This document shows, in pieces, positions 38,255 through 48,260 of a DNA stretch of 64,000 nt (its first letter is position 1; every line of letters begins with the position of its first letter). Under the pieces are notes generated by a model, which did no database searches, was not told where the DNA came from, and worked only from the letters and a program-made list of their open reading frames with translations. The translations under genes and the position numbers were made by a program. Source of the DNA: Escherichia phage A221; sequence record ON862890.1, one strand, 5' to 3'.

Positions 38255-38560
38255 ATGAAACCGTTTATCGAATATTTTAAAGAACAAGCCGCTAAACCTC
38301 AGACCCATGCTGGTGTCCAGGGTAAGACCGTATCCATCACCAAGCAAGCTGACGGCACTCAGTGGTGCTCCGGTGCTACCGTGACCCAGATCACCCCTGA
38401 CAATCAGGCGGATGTCTACAACCTGGAGTTAACCAACGGCAACACTATCAAGGTGAAACTGACCCCAGACCAGACTCACGGTATCTCCCAAGGTCAGGAA
38501 GTCGTTGCTGTCCATGACGGTTTCGAATTCTTCTTTGGCAAGTCTGCCGACAAAGACTAA
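38255..38560 (+). CDS. hypothetical late protein (101 aa)
   Basis: GAGGAG RBS; late promoter upstream; strong terminator downstream. Confidence 0.5.
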   Translation: MKPFIEYFKEQAAKPQTHAGVQGKTVSITKQADGTQWCSGATVTQITPDNQADVYNLELTNGNTIKVKLTPDQTHGISQGQEVVAVHDGFEFFFGKSADKD

Positions 38561-38600
38561 GTGAAACCATCAAGATGACTCTGGTCAAACAGTGATTACA

Positions 38601-38632
38601 ATCCCCCTAAATACAGGGGGATTTCTTTTTCT
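38601..38632 (+). terminator. rho-independent terminator
   Basis: Stem ATCCCCCT/AGGGGGAT followed by TTCTTTTTCT. Confidence 0.7.
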
Positions 38633-38645
38633 GAGGAAACAAATC

Positions 38646-38999
38646 ATGGTTAACGCGAGTATTTTCATCAACCGTGGACTGCTTGCTATAGCCCACTCTC
38701 ATGCCTTACACTTCGTTACAACGTCCTATGCCAAGCACAAGGCACTCGGGGAGTTCTACGGGGAACTGGAGGGCTTGCTGGACACGTTTACCGAAGCATA
38801 CATCGGTGCGGGTGGTCAGTATGTTCCATCATTCGAGAATATTAAATTGTACAACCCAGACCCTATCTCCTATATTAACAGTGTGGTGATAGACGTCGAT
38901 GGCATCTACAAGCAGTGTGACTCCCACCTTCAGAGCACTCTTGACGATATCAAGACACTGTGTTATCAGACGATCTACAAACTGAAGCAGCTGTCGTAA
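38646..38999 (+). CDS. hypothetical protein (117 aa)
   Basis: Start after terminator with GAGGAA RBS. Confidence 0.4.
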   Translation: MVNASIFINRGLLAIAHSHALHFVTTSYAKHKALGEFYGELEGLLDTFTEAYIGAGGQYVPSFENIKLYNPDPISYINSVVIDVDGIYKQCDSHLQSTLDDIKTLCYQTIYKLKQLS

Positions 39000-39242
39000 G
39001 TCAATACGAAATAAAGGCATATAATTTGCTCATTATTCACCGAAAGGAAAGGACAATGAGCAAAATCTTTATCCCGTCACATGCGCAGCTACATGAATCT
39101 CTTGGACAACTTCGCCCACTTCGAGCACAACACGGCTGGTAAACAAATATTTTGTATAGAGGGCTTGTCGACCACTGTGTATAGCTCAAAGTCGTGATGT
39201 AGACTATACTGTGACCGAAGTGTTCCAGAGGCAGAAGATCTA

Positions 39243-40301
39243 ATGAAATTTCTTGATGAACAATTCATAAATTACGTTGCTCCCAGACTCGATAAATTCA
39301 AGTGGGAGCGCGTTGGTGCTGTCGCAAACTTCCGTTGTCCCCTGTGTGGAGATTCTCTCAAAAGTGCTAATAAGCGACGCGGTTATTTTTTCTTCGATCG
39401 AGATAATGACTGCTTCCGGTTTAAATGTCACAATTGCCATAACATGAATGGCTGGTCATTTGAGTTCTGGCTGAAGAAGTTCGACGAACGCCTCTCAACA
39501 GAGTACAACATGGAGAAGTTCCGTCTGCTGGGTGATACGTCGGGCAGACCACTTCCTTCCCTGAAGCCGTTGCCAAAGCTGACACAGACCGCCCGTATTG
39601 GCTCAGTGGCGGCGAAACGCGACGAGAGCCTCCTCGGCAATATGCTACGGCTTGATCTGCTACCGCCTGACCATAAGGCTCGACAGTACGTACAGTGGCG
39701 TGGACTGCCGGAGAGCGCTTTGTCCCTCCTGTATTACACACAGCACTTCCGCCAGGATCTACTCCAGTTCGAAACGAACCCTGAGAAGCAGCTGAAAATT
39801 CCCGATGACGAGCGCCTGGTAATCCCATTCTGGACTCAGGATGGTCGCATGAAGATCGTTCAGGGGCGTGCATTCGACAAGAATGCGACACTGCGCTACG
39901 CAACAGTCAAGCCCAAGGATGAAGACACTAAGGTGTATGGTGAAGACCGGGTGAACATTCACAAGACCAAGCTGGTTGTGGAAGGTCCGATTGACAGCCT
40001 GTTCCTACCCAACTGTCTTGCATCGGCCGACGCTGATCTACTGAGCGTGAAGGGTGACATTTATATCCCTGATAATCAGTACCGGAACCCGCAGGTGTGT
40101 GACAGTATTCAGAAGATGATAGATAAAGGTGTCAAAGTTGTACTGTTCCCACCAGACGTTCCTTGGAAGGATATCAACGACATGGTCATGCCATCAAAGG
40201 GCAACATGTCCATACAAGACCTCCTGAAACTGATCGCCAAGAACGTTTACCAAGGTATGGCTGCATCATTACAATTCGCTGAACTGAGGAAAGTGCGATG
40301 A
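39243..40301 (+). CDS. 61: DNA primase (gp61 family, zinc ribbon + TOPRIM)
   Basis: N-terminal CPLCGDSLKSANKRRGYFFF...CHNCHN and TOPRIM-like VVEGPIDSLF. Confidence 0.75.
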   Translation: MKFLDEQFINYVAPRLDKFKWERVGAVANFRCPLCGDSLKSANKRRGYFFFDRDNDCFRFKCHNCHNMNGWSFEFWLKKFDERLSTEYNMEKFRLLGDTSGRPLPSLKPLPKLTQTARIGSVAAKRDESLLGNMLRLDLLPPDHKARQYVQWRGLPESALSLLYYTQHFRQDLLQFETNPEKQLKIPDDERLVIPFWTQDGRMKIVQGRAFDKNATLRYATVKPKDEDTKVYGEDRVNIHKTKLVVEGPIDSLFLPNCLASADADLLSVKGDIYIPDNQYRNPQVCDSIQKMIDKGVKVVLFPPDVPWKDINDMVMPSKGNMSIQDLLKLIAKNVYQGMAASLQFAELRKVR

Positions 40302-40504
40302 CGTTAGAAGAACTGAACAAACTGGACGACGGAGAGATCGTGCGGGGGTACTTGAAATCTCGTGAGGGGTATGTCTTATCTGGGGAAGAATCTCCGAGTT
40401 TCATCCACGGCTGGAAGAATGGTCAGGCGGACTTCCATGGGGTTCCCATCAGTGATGAGCAAGCCGAATTGGCTCACGAGTTTGTAAGATTTCGCCCGAA
40501 CTAA
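40298..40504 (+). CDS. hypothetical protein (68 aa)
   Basis: GAGGAA RBS; start overlaps primase stop. Confidence 0.4.
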   Translation: MTLEELNKLDDGEIVRGYLKSREGYVLSGEESPSFIHGWKNGQADFHGVPISDEQAELAHEFVRFRPN

Positions 40505-40532
40505 AACTTTTTACTTCACATTACTTCCCTCC

Positions 40533-40556
40533 AGGCCTCATTCGACGAGGCCTTTT
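40533..40556 (+). terminator. rho-independent terminator
   Basis: Stem AGGCCTC/GAGGCCT followed by TTTT. Confidence 0.55.
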
Positions 40557-40569
40557 AAAATACTTCAAA

Positions 40570-40589
40570 AATAATTTTTAAAAATTATT
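40570..40589. repeat. perfect 20-bp AT palindrome AATAATTTTTAAAAATTATT
   Basis: Self-complementary, between terminator and promoter. Confidence 0.8.
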
Positions 40590-40598
40590 GAAAAAGAC

Positions 40599-40627
40599 TT
40601 TACTCTTCAATAATGATGCACTATTAT
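40599..40627 (+). promoter_or_regulatory. sigma70-like early promoter (TTTACT-N17-TATTAT)
   Basis: Exact 17-bp spacing, upstream of a codon-optimised gene. Confidence 0.5.
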
Positions 40628-40700
40628 AGTTCACATAGGGCGGCAACACACCGCCGAATGAAAAGTGAAACGCACCAACTACATTATGAGGAATTACATC

Positions 40701-41189
40701 ATGGCTACTACCAAAACTCTGATCACCAACGGCACCATCTCTTTCGAACTGAACACCGAAGTTGCTAAAGTTGAAATGTTCCGCATCGCTCAGGCGGCTG
40801 GCTTCACTGGTGGCAAAACTTCCTTCATGAACCTGCTGAACGGTAAAGTGAAATCGACTAACGGCTTCACCCTGGTAGAGCAGGTTGTGGTTGACAAAGC
40901 TGTGGTTGCTAAGACTGCTGACAAAGTTGGTATGCTGAAAAACCTGGGTCACGACATCCACATTGTCGAAGCAAGCACCGAAACTTACGGCACCATCGTA
41001 GTCGGTAAAGGTCGCATCCAGCTGAACCCGCTGAACAACGGTTCCTTCTCTGTGATGGTCTTCCCTAAGAAGGGGTATGACAACACCGACATCGTGAAAG
41101 CTGTTGGCGGCGAAGCAAAAGCTCAGTACGTCAAAATGGGTAAACTGAGCACCGACGCAGTTGAAGCTCTGGTGAGCAAACTGGCCTAA
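40701..41189 (+). CDS. abundant small protein of unknown function (162 aa)
   Basis: GAGGAATTACATC-ATG motif; codon choice typical of highly expressed genes. Confidence 0.6.
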   Translation: MATTKTLITNGTISFELNTEVAKVEMFRIAQAAGFTGGKTSFMNLLNGKVKSTNGFTLVEQVVVDKAVVAKTADKVGMLKNLGHDIHIVEASTETYGTIVVGKGRIQLNPLNNGSFSVMVFPKKGYDNTDIVKAVGGEAKAQYVKMGKLSTDAVEALVSKLA

Positions 41190-41338
41190 TCCATACGTGT
41201 AACATAGGGGAGGCAACTCCCCCTATCAGGTCTTGGGAGGAGATCACAGTCATTCAATCCTCTTTAGGCGCTCTCTGGGTTGCTGACACATTCAGAACAA
41301 AGTCTCCCCCAGCTCCTCGAGTAGTTCACTTTCACTTT

Positions 41339-41369
41339 AAATACCTCTGCATTCATTGTGGAGGTATTT
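41339..41369 (+). promoter_or_regulatory. hairpin sequestering the endolysin Shine-Dalgarno
   Basis: 9-bp stem AAATACCTC/GAGGTATTT; GGAGG at 41360-41364 lies largely in the 3' arm. Confidence 0.45.
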
Positions 41370-41373
41370 TCTT

Positions 41374-42168
41374 ATGGCCATTCTAAAACTTGGCAACCGT
41401 GGCACTGAAGTGAAGGCACTTCAGGATAGCCTCAACAAAATCGGCTTCACCCTCGTCGCTGATGGTGTCTTTGGCAAGGCAACAGAGAACGCCGTCAAGA
41501 CTGTTCAGGCGGGCGCGGGGCTTGTCATTGATGGTATCGTGGGTCCAAAGACCTCCTATGCTATTCGCAACGCCGGAGACGCCCATCAGGATCATCTAAC
41601 TGAGTCAGACCTGATTGATGCTGCTAACGATCTGGGTGTTGACCTTGCCTCTGTCAAGGCGGTGAATCAGGTTGAGTCGCGCGGCACGGGCTTCACCAAG
41701 TCAGGTAAGATCAAGACATTATTTGAGCGCCACATCATGTATAAGAAGCTGATGGCGAAGTTCGGACAGGCTCGGGCGAATGCCATGGGGCATATGTACC
41801 CGACGTTGGTCAACCCTTCTGCAGGCGGGTACACGGGCGGCGACGCGGAGTTGGATCGACTTCATGCGGCCATCAACATCGATGAGGATTGTGCGTACGA
41901 GAGCGCCTCTTACGGTCTCTTCCAGATCATGGGATTCAACTGCCAGGTCTGTGGATATGCCAACGCCAAGGAGATGTTCAACGACTTCCTGACAGGAGAA
42001 CGTGCTCATTTGATGGCATTCGTGAAGTTCATCAAGGCTGACGCCAAGCTCTGGCAGGCTCTGAAGGACAAGAACTGGGCTGAGTTTGCGCGGCGCTATA
42101 ATGGTCCGGCGTATGCCAAGAACCAGTACGACAAGAAGCTCACAGCAGCATACAAGAGTTTCAGTTAA
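41374..42168 (+). CDS. endolysin: N-terminal peptidoglycan-binding domain + C-terminal muramidase/transglycosylase-like domain
   Basis: LKLGNRGTEVKALQDSLNKIGF...DGVFGKATENAVKTVQ, then SYGLFQIMGFN. Confidence 0.75.
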   Translation: MAILKLGNRGTEVKALQDSLNKIGFTLVADGVFGKATENAVKTVQAGAGLVIDGIVGPKTSYAIRNAGDAHQDHLTESDLIDAANDLGVDLASVKAVNQVESRGTGFTKSGKIKTLFERHIMYKKLMAKFGQARANAMGHMYPTLVNPSAGGYTGGDAELDRLHAAINIDEDCAYESASYGLFQIMGFNCQVCGYANAKEMFNDFLTGERAHLMAFVKFIKADAKLWQALKDKNWAEFARRYNGPAYAKNQYDKKLTAAYKSFS

Positions 42169-42171
42169 CTC

Positions 42172-42197
42172 AAAGGCCGGAAACGGCCTTTTCTTTA
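42172..42197 (+). terminator. rho-independent terminator
   Basis: Stem AAGGCCG/CGGCCTT, loop GAAA, then TTCTTT. Confidence 0.65.
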
Positions 42198-42270
42198 TCC
42201 AATCCTCAGGTATGCTGGGGTTGTCACCTTAATTAGAGGTGATGACACCCTGAGATATAGGAAGGTTCCC

Positions 42271-43113
42271 ATGCAATCTGCCACCAAAGTTGTAAGTAAG
42301 AAGCCAGCGGGCAAGACCAAGTCAGCACGTAAGAAAGAGACAATCCAGAAAGAAGATGAATGGATGAAGTTCTCTAAAGGTGACTTCAGAATCGCTCCGT
42401 TCAATGGCCTCTCAGAAAATCAGAACCTCGCGTATCAATCTGCTCTTGAAGAAAACCTCACCATCGCAATCGGTCCGGCAGGCACAGGTAAATCGTATTG
42501 TGGTGCCTCAGCCGCCGCCAAGCTCCTGATCGATAAAGTGGTCAGTAAGATCGTCATCACGCGCTCTCCGCTGCCAACAGGCCAGACTGCAGGCTTCCGC
42601 CCTGGCGACACATACGAAAAACTGATGCCATATCTGATGCCCCTGATTCAGACACTGAAGAAGGTGCTGAAGACTGACACAGGCAGCGACGGTTTCTTCA
42701 ACTATCTGTGGGAGAAGCGGATCATTGAGATCCAGGATCTGGAGACCATCAAGGGAATGACCTTCGACGACACCTTCCTGATCATTGAAGAAGCGCAGGA
42801 ATGTGATATGGAGCAGCTGAAGAACCTACTGACCCGCGCATCCGACTCGACTTACATCTTCGTCAACGGTGACATCAAACAGTCCAACAAGCGCCTGCGC
42901 GACAGCGCCCTTGAAAAGTACGTCAGTTCCTTCCGCGACTTCAACGCCAAGCTGGAGACCGGAACCCTGAAGATCGATGGTGTTGGCGTCGGTGATGAGT
43001 ACCCTGAATGGGTTCAGCCGTTCAGTATCATCGAGTTCGACAAGTCTGACCGCAACGGGCGCGGCGACTTCACCCGCCTGATGCTGGAAGTCAACGATCT
43101 GTACGACATTTAA
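42271..43113 (+). CDS. phoH: PhoH-like ATPase
   Basis: Walker A GPAGTGKS; overall PhoH-family layout; AGGAAGG RBS. Confidence 0.8.
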   Translation: MQSATKVVSKKPAGKTKSARKKETIQKEDEWMKFSKGDFRIAPFNGLSENQNLAYQSALEENLTIAIGPAGTGKSYCGASAAAKLLIDKVVSKIVITRSPLPTGQTAGFRPGDTYEKLMPYLMPLIQTLKKVLKTDTGSDGFFNYLWEKRIIEIQDLETIKGMTFDDTFLIIEEAQECDMEQLKNLLTRASDSTYIFVNGDIKQSNKRLRDSALEKYVSSFRDFNAKLETGTLKIDGVGVGDEYPEWVQPFSIIEFDKSDRNGRGDFTRLMLEVNDLYDI

Positions 43114-43196
43114 GTAACTCGCCAACCCTCCCCGCCGCCTTCAATCTACGAGGGCGGCGTATAATAAAACCTGCGTAAACAAACCCGAGGAACACC

Positions 43197-45479
43197 ATGA
43201 TTAACGTTATAAAACGTGACGGATCTTCTGTCCCATTTGATATTGAGAAACTACACGCAGTCGTAGACCGCGCCTGTGATGGCCTGTCTGGTGTGTCAAT
43301 GTCAGAGGTGATCGCTGCATCGAAGATTCAGTTCACCGACAACATGAGAACAGATCGCATTCAGGATATCCTCATCCAGGCTGCGGCTTCACTGATCTCT
43401 GTAGACAAACCCAATTACCAGTATGTGGCTGCTCGTCTGAAGTCGTATGATCTGCGCAAGGCTGTCTATGGCCAGTACAAGCCGCCTCACCTGCTGGATA
43501 TCTTCGTCAAGAACATCAAACAGCGCGTGTATGATCGTGAGTTCCTTGATCTCTACACGACCGAAGAGTTCAACGAGCTGAACGATGTCATCAACCACAA
43601 ACGCGATAAGAACTTCACGTGGGCGGCCATGGGCCAGCTGACAGAGAAGTATCTGCTGCGCGACCGTTCCAAGAAAGACAGCAAGATCTACTACGAAACC
43701 CCTCAGGTCATGTACATGGGCATCTCCATGGCGTTGTTCTCTAACTGGGACAAAGACAGCCGCCTGGAGATGGTGAAAAAGTTCTATGAATATGCCAGCA
43801 CAGGCAAGTTCAGTCTTCCCACCCCGATTATGGCAGGTGTTCGTACTCCTACCCGTCAGTTTAGTTCCTGTGTGTTAATCAAGACTGATGACACCCTGAA
43901 CTCTATCAACGCAACAGCCAAGACCATCGTTGACTATGTGTCCAAACGTGCGGGTATCGGCTTCGACGTCGGGGCAATCCGTGGGATTGGTAGTCCTATT
44001 CGCGGTGGAGAGATGGTTCACACAGGCCTGATCCCGTTCATCAAGTATCTCACTGGGGCACTCAAATCGTGCTCTCAGGGCGGCATTCGTGGTGGTGCAG
44101 CAACAGCGTACATCCCTCTGTGGCATTACCAGTTCGATGACGTCGTTGTTCTGAAGAACAACCGTGGTACTGAAGAAAACCGCGAACGCCGTATCGACTA
44201 TGGCATTCAGATCAACCGCGTGATGTTTGAGCGCCTTGTTGCCAAGCAGCCTCTGTATCTGTTCGACCCGAAAGACAACCGCGAAATGTATGAAGCATAC
44301 TTCGCTGACGTTGACAAGTTCCGTACTCTGTATGAGAACATGATCAAGGCCGCTGATGCTGGTTTGGTTCGTGCTAAAAAGTTGCAGGCAGAAGAGGTGT
44401 TCCAGATGCTGTTGGACCAGCGTTCAGACACAGGCCGCATCTACATCGCGTTTGTCGATCACATGAATGAATATAGTCCATTCAACCTAGACACGATTTA
44501 TTCTTCAAATCTTTGTTTAGAAATCGCCCTACCGACCCGTGAGTTTGAGCAGTACAACGATGAAAACGGGCGCGTGGCTCTGTGCACCCTGGCTTCCTTC
44601 AACCTGACGGCGTTCGAAGATCCTACGGAAATGGAAGACGTGGCGTTCGTGTTGGTGTCTGCGCTGGACATGCTGTTGGAATATCAGGACTATCCAGCGA
44701 TTCAGGCTCGTAAAGCTGTTGAAGACTATCGTCCTCTGGGTGTTGGTATCGTGAACGTGGCTCACTTCTTGGCCAAGAACTTCACGGGCTATGGCTCACC
44801 AGCTGGTCTTGAAATGCTGGATGCGTGGATGGCACACCTGCACTTCTATCTGGTCAAGGCGTCCAACCGTCTGGCTATGAAGTTCGGGGCGTGTAAACGC
44901 AGAACCATCCATAATAATGGGCAGGTCACCGCCGACCTTCAGCCGCTTCCACTTGATATCCTACCAAATGGCAAGAAGCCAGAAGGGATGGCATACGGGC
45001 TGGATTGGGATGGGTTGAAGGATAATCTGAAGACCTATGGTATCCGCAACGCCACCCTGCTGGCAGTAGCCCCTACCGAAAGCTCCTCACAGGTCCTCAA
45101 CGCAACGAACGGCATTGAGCCACCGAAGGGCTTGGTGAGCATCAAGGGTAGCAAGGACGGCACTTATAAGCAGGTCGTCCCGGACGTTGAGACCCTTGGA
45201 CCGATGTATGACCTCAAGTGGGACCTGGACTGTATTGAGTACCTGAAGACCGCTGCTGTCATCCAGCGCTGGGTTGACCAGTCCATCAGTACCAACACGT
45301 GGTATGACCCAGAGAAGTACCCTGACAGCAAGATCCCTCGCGCCAAGATGATGCAAGATATCCTGTCGTTCTATATGTGGGGTGGCAAGACTCTGTATTA
45401 CAACACAAACAAGGACGCCAAGGAAGACGAAGAGCTGAAGCAGGCTGAGGAAACTCAGTGCGATAGTTGTGTTGTATAA
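43197..45479 (+). CDS. nrdA: ribonucleotide reductase class Ia large subunit
   Basis: N-terminal VIKRDGS ATP-cone; PTPIMAGVRT, SCVLI; 760 aa. Confidence 0.9.
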   Translation: MINVIKRDGSSVPFDIEKLHAVVDRACDGLSGVSMSEVIAASKIQFTDNMRTDRIQDILIQAAASLISVDKPNYQYVAARLKSYDLRKAVYGQYKPPHLLDIFVKNIKQRVYDREFLDLYTTEEFNELNDVINHKRDKNFTWAAMGQLTEKYLLRDRSKKDSKIYYETPQVMYMGISMALFSNWDKDSRLEMVKKFYEYASTGKFSLPTPIMAGVRTPTRQFSSCVLIKTDDTLNSINATAKTIVDYVSKRAGIGFDVGAIRGIGSPIRGGEMVHTGLIPFIKYLTGALKSCSQGGIRGGAATAYIPLWHYQFDDVVVLKNNRGTEENRERRIDYGIQINRVMFERLVAKQPLYLFDPKDNREMYEAYFADVDKFRTLYENMIKAADAGLVRAKKLQAEEVFQMLLDQRSDTGRIYIAFVDHMNEYSPFNLDTIYSSNLCLEIALPTREFEQYNDENGRVALCTLASFNLTAFEDPTEMEDVAFVLVSALDMLLEYQDYPAIQARKAVEDYRPLGVGIVNVAHFLAKNFTGYGSPAGLEMLDAWMAHLHFYLVKASNRLAMKFGACKRRTIHNNGQVTADLQPLPLDILPNGKKPEGMAYGLDWDGLKDNLKTYGIRNATLLAVAPTESSSQVLNATNGIEPPKGLVSIKGSKDGTYKQVVPDVETLGPMYDLKWDLDCIEYLKTAAVIQRWVDQSISTNTWYDPEKYPDSKIPRAKMMQDILSFYMWGGKTLYYNTNKDAKEDEELKQAEETQCDSCVV

Positions 45480-45549
45480 ATTGGTCTAAACATACTACCG
45501 TTATATCATCAGGGGTGAGAGATCACCCCTTATTAATCAGGAAAGAAAC

Positions 45550-46653
45550 ATGAGCGAACAGAAACAATTCTCCGTATTCGACCCAAGCTCGGACAACACT
45601 GGTCTACCGTTCTTCGGTGACCCAGTGAGCATTCAGCGTTACGATGTCGTGGCCTGGCCATTCGTACAGAAGTGGTATGAGAAAGGTCTCAGTCAGTTCT
45701 GGCGTCCTGAAGAGGTGGACATCACCAAGGACAAGGCAGACTTTGCTACCCTGAACGAAGCCGAGAAGCATGTCTACTTCAGCAACCTGAAGCGCCAGAC
45801 CATGCTGGACTCTATCCAGGGTGCGGCTCCGTTCGAGGCGTTTGGTCCATGGGCGTCTACCCCTGAAATGCAGTTTGCTGTCCTTGAATGGACGCGCCAG
45901 GAAGCCATTCACTCTTTATCGTACACCCACATTTTGCGCAACACTGTGAACGATCCAGGTATCGTGTTTGACCACGTACTGGATGTTGCAGAGATCGTGG
46001 ACTGTGCTCACCAGATCAGTGTGTACTACGATGACATGGTACAGTACAGTGGCATGCGTATGGCTGGACGCATCTTCACCCGAGAAGATCTGATGAATGC
46101 CAAACGCGCATTCTGGCGTGCTCTGTTTGCTGCCAACACACTGGAAGGCATCCGCTTCTACGTGTCCTTTGCATGCTCTTGGGCATTCACACAGTTTCAG
46201 AAGAAGATGGAAGGCAATGCCAAAATCATTCGACAGATCGCCCGTGATGAGCAGGATCACCTGATCCTGACCCAGACGCTGCTAAACCGCCTGCCTGGTA
46301 TGGACCCCGACTTTGCAATCATCCGTGAGGAACTGCGTGGTGAGATGACCCAGATGTTCCTGGACGTGGTCCATCAGGAGAAGGAGTGGGCGAACTACCT
46401 ATTCAAAGACGGTTCCATCCTGGGGCTGAACGCCAAGATCCTTCATCAGATGGTAGACTGGCTGGCAACCCACCGGATGGGCGCTATCGGGCATCCATAT
46501 CCCGGTGAACCTCGCAAGGAGAACCCAGTCCCATGGATTAATGACTGGCTAGATAATAAGGCAATGCAGTACGCGTTGCAGGAAGCGGAAGCTCCTGATT
46601 ATCTGATGGGTGTACTGACTGGTTCGGTATCCGATGGCCTCAAATTCGCTTAA
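45550..46653 (+). CDS. nrdB: ribonucleotide reductase class Ia small subunit
   Basis: 367 aa directly after nrdA; ferritin-like layout. Confidence 0.85.
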   Translation: MSEQKQFSVFDPSSDNTGLPFFGDPVSIQRYDVVAWPFVQKWYEKGLSQFWRPEEVDITKDKADFATLNEAEKHVYFSNLKRQTMLDSIQGAAPFEAFGPWASTPEMQFAVLEWTRQEAIHSLSYTHILRNTVNDPGIVFDHVLDVAEIVDCAHQISVYYDDMVQYSGMRMAGRIFTREDLMNAKRAFWRALFAANTLEGIRFYVSFACSWAFTQFQKKMEGNAKIIRQIARDEQDHLILTQTLLNRLPGMDPDFAIIREELRGEMTQMFLDVVHQEKEWANYLFKDGSILGLNAKILHQMVDWLATHRMGAIGHPYPGEPRKENPVPWINDWLDNKAMQYALQEAEAPDYLMGVLTGSVSDGLKFA

Positions 46654-46662
46654 AGGTGAGAA

Positions 46663-46887
46663 ATGATTACGATCTATTCCAAACAAGGTTGCGCTCAGTG
46701 TGTAACAGCCGAAAATCTGTGCAAAATGAAAGGGCTGGAACACAAGATCCTCAAGCTGGACAAAGATTACCGGCTGGAAGAACTTCAGCAGTTGACGGGT
46801 AAGCCGCGCGTGTCGATGCCTGTAATCGTCCTCGCTGACCAGACCGTGACCGACGTTAATGGACTCGCCGCCAGCATTAAACGCTGA
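46663..46887 (+). CDS. nrdH: NrdH-like glutaredoxin
   Basis: MITIYSKQGCAQC (CxQC redox motif); 74 aa; adjacent to nrdAB. Confidence 0.7.
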   Translation: MITIYSKQGCAQCVTAENLCKMKGLEHKILKLDKDYRLEELQQLTGKPRVSMPVIVLADQTVTDVNGLAASIKR

Positions 46888-46893
46888 CAAGCC

Positions 46894-46920
46894 AAAGCCC
46901 CTCATTGAGGGGCTTTACTT
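46894..46920 (+). terminator. rho-independent terminator
   Basis: 10-bp stem AAAGCCCCTC/GAGGGGCTTT, 3-nt loop; T-run overlaps next promoter. Confidence 0.65.
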
Positions 46921-46942
46921 CTATAATCCCTGCGCTTATACT
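46914..46942 (+). promoter_or_regulatory. sigma70-like early promoter (TTTACT-N17-TATACT)
   Basis: Exact 17-bp spacing. Confidence 0.5.
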
Positions 46943-46992
46943 TCCCAGTAATTCATTGGCATTCGCCACAAATTGAAAGCGGGAACTATATC

Positions 46993-47454
46993 ATGACAAA
47001 CAAAGTACTCACCAACCCACTGCACAACTTCGGTTACATTCAACTCCCTCTGGTGATCGACACCCTGTACGCCGACGACAAAGAAGAGATCTGCTGGTCA
47101 CCCACCGCACTGATTGAACGCGAAATCTTCAAGTCTGTTGTTGATGTCATGTTCCGTATCGGTCGCAATGGACCTCTGGTCTACCTCGGCAAGGTGACTG
47201 AGTTGAAGACAAGCCACAACGAACGCTTCCTTCGTATCGATACAACGGGGTGCTCTCATCAGGACTTCAACACATTGCGCAATTATGTTCTGGTCAACCG
47301 CCCGGTCAGTCAACACCGCCCGTATCTGACTTCAATGCACATCGACAATTTCATCACCGACGTGCACCTCCGCGCCGAAACCCTCCATGAAGAGGAAACA
47401 GGCCGAGCTATCGACACAGTCTTAAATATGGTTGTGATCACCCTGGCGGAGTAG
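46993..47454 (+). CDS. hypothetical protein (153 aa)
   Basis: CGGGAACTATATC-ATG motif. Confidence 0.5.
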   Translation: MTNKVLTNPLHNFGYIQLPLVIDTLYADDKEEICWSPTALIEREIFKSVVDVMFRIGRNGPLVYLGKVTELKTSHNERFLRIDTTGCSHQDFNTLRNYVLVNRPVSQHRPYLTSMHIDNFITDVHLRAETLHEEETGRAIDTVLNMVVITLAE

Positions 47455-47459
47455 TCCTC

Positions 47460-47810
47460 ATGCAAGATTACAAAGAGTTGAGAATGCAGCTGGCAGTCCC
47501 CATACCAGACAAAGGTTTATACCAAAACCTGCATCATCTGATGTCTGAAGGGCATATGCTGCCTTTGCGGTCTGAGGATGGATCTCAGATCGGTTATGCC
47601 ACCAGTTGCGTAGTCTACGACAAACCAGGAGACGAAGAGCGCGGACAGGTCAGTGTGGGTTCCAGATTTGTGTTGAACAAGAAGCTGGAGGGATCAGTGG
47701 TTGACGTCAGGCCGATGATTATCCTCTACCAATTCAACGGTAAAGAGATGTTCAGGTTATTGAGCCACTTCATGTTAGTCGTGGCTCAGGCATTCAGGAC
47801 GAAATTCTAA
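47460..47810 (+). CDS. hypothetical protein (116 aa)
   Basis: GGAG RBS; stop overlaps convergent gp25 stop. Confidence 0.45.
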   Translation: MQDYKELRMQLAVPIPDKGLYQNLHHLMSEGHMLPLRSEDGSQIGYATSCVVYDKPGDEERGQVSVGSRFVLNKKLEGSVVDVRPMIILYQFNGKEMFRLLSHFMLVVAQAFRTKF

Positions 47811-48187
47811 TTCGTCCTTTTCAACCACACGGTGTCTGTTATTGGATCTGGATTGTTGACCACATAGAATGTGATGGTCACGCCCAGAGAATGGTAATCC
47901 TCTGACAGACTCACCGTGACTTCTTCTACCTCTGCTCTGGGTTCATACAGGGCGATGGCGTCCTCTACTTTGTTCTTCACATCTACCTGGATAGTCGGTG
48001 TCGTGTTTTCACCCAGCAGCCCATAAAGCCCCGCGCCGATCCCAGGATAAGTGGGCCAGTCCCCGACTGAAGACATGACGATATTCCGCACGGATTGTAA
48101 GACAGCATACACACCTGATTTCATGGTGACATCTTTGGTCACTGGATGCATGCCGAACTTCAGATCGACATCTTTATACTCTTTCAT
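47807..48187 (-). CDS. 25: baseplate wedge protein (gp25/GPW family)
   Basis: 126 aa; ALYEPRAEVEEV and NNPDP resemble T4 gp25; GAGAGGA RBS. Confidence 0.7.
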   Translation of the reverse strand: MKEYKDVDLKFGMHPVTKDVTMKSGVYAVLQSVRNIVMSSVGDWPTYPGIGAGLYGLLGENTTPTIQVDVKNKVEDAIALYEPRAEVEEVTVSLSEDYHSLGVTITFYVVNNPDPITDTVWLKRTN

Positions 48188-48260
48188 TTCGCGATCCTCT
48201 CAGGATGCCTATAAGGAGCAGAGAGACGTGCTGCCCCTCTGCCACTAAACTTATACCAAC

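Noticed and set aside
40578-41216. 212-aa minus-strand ORF
   Set aside because: Antisense to a strongly codon-optimised plus-strand gene that has its own promoter, RBS and terminator.
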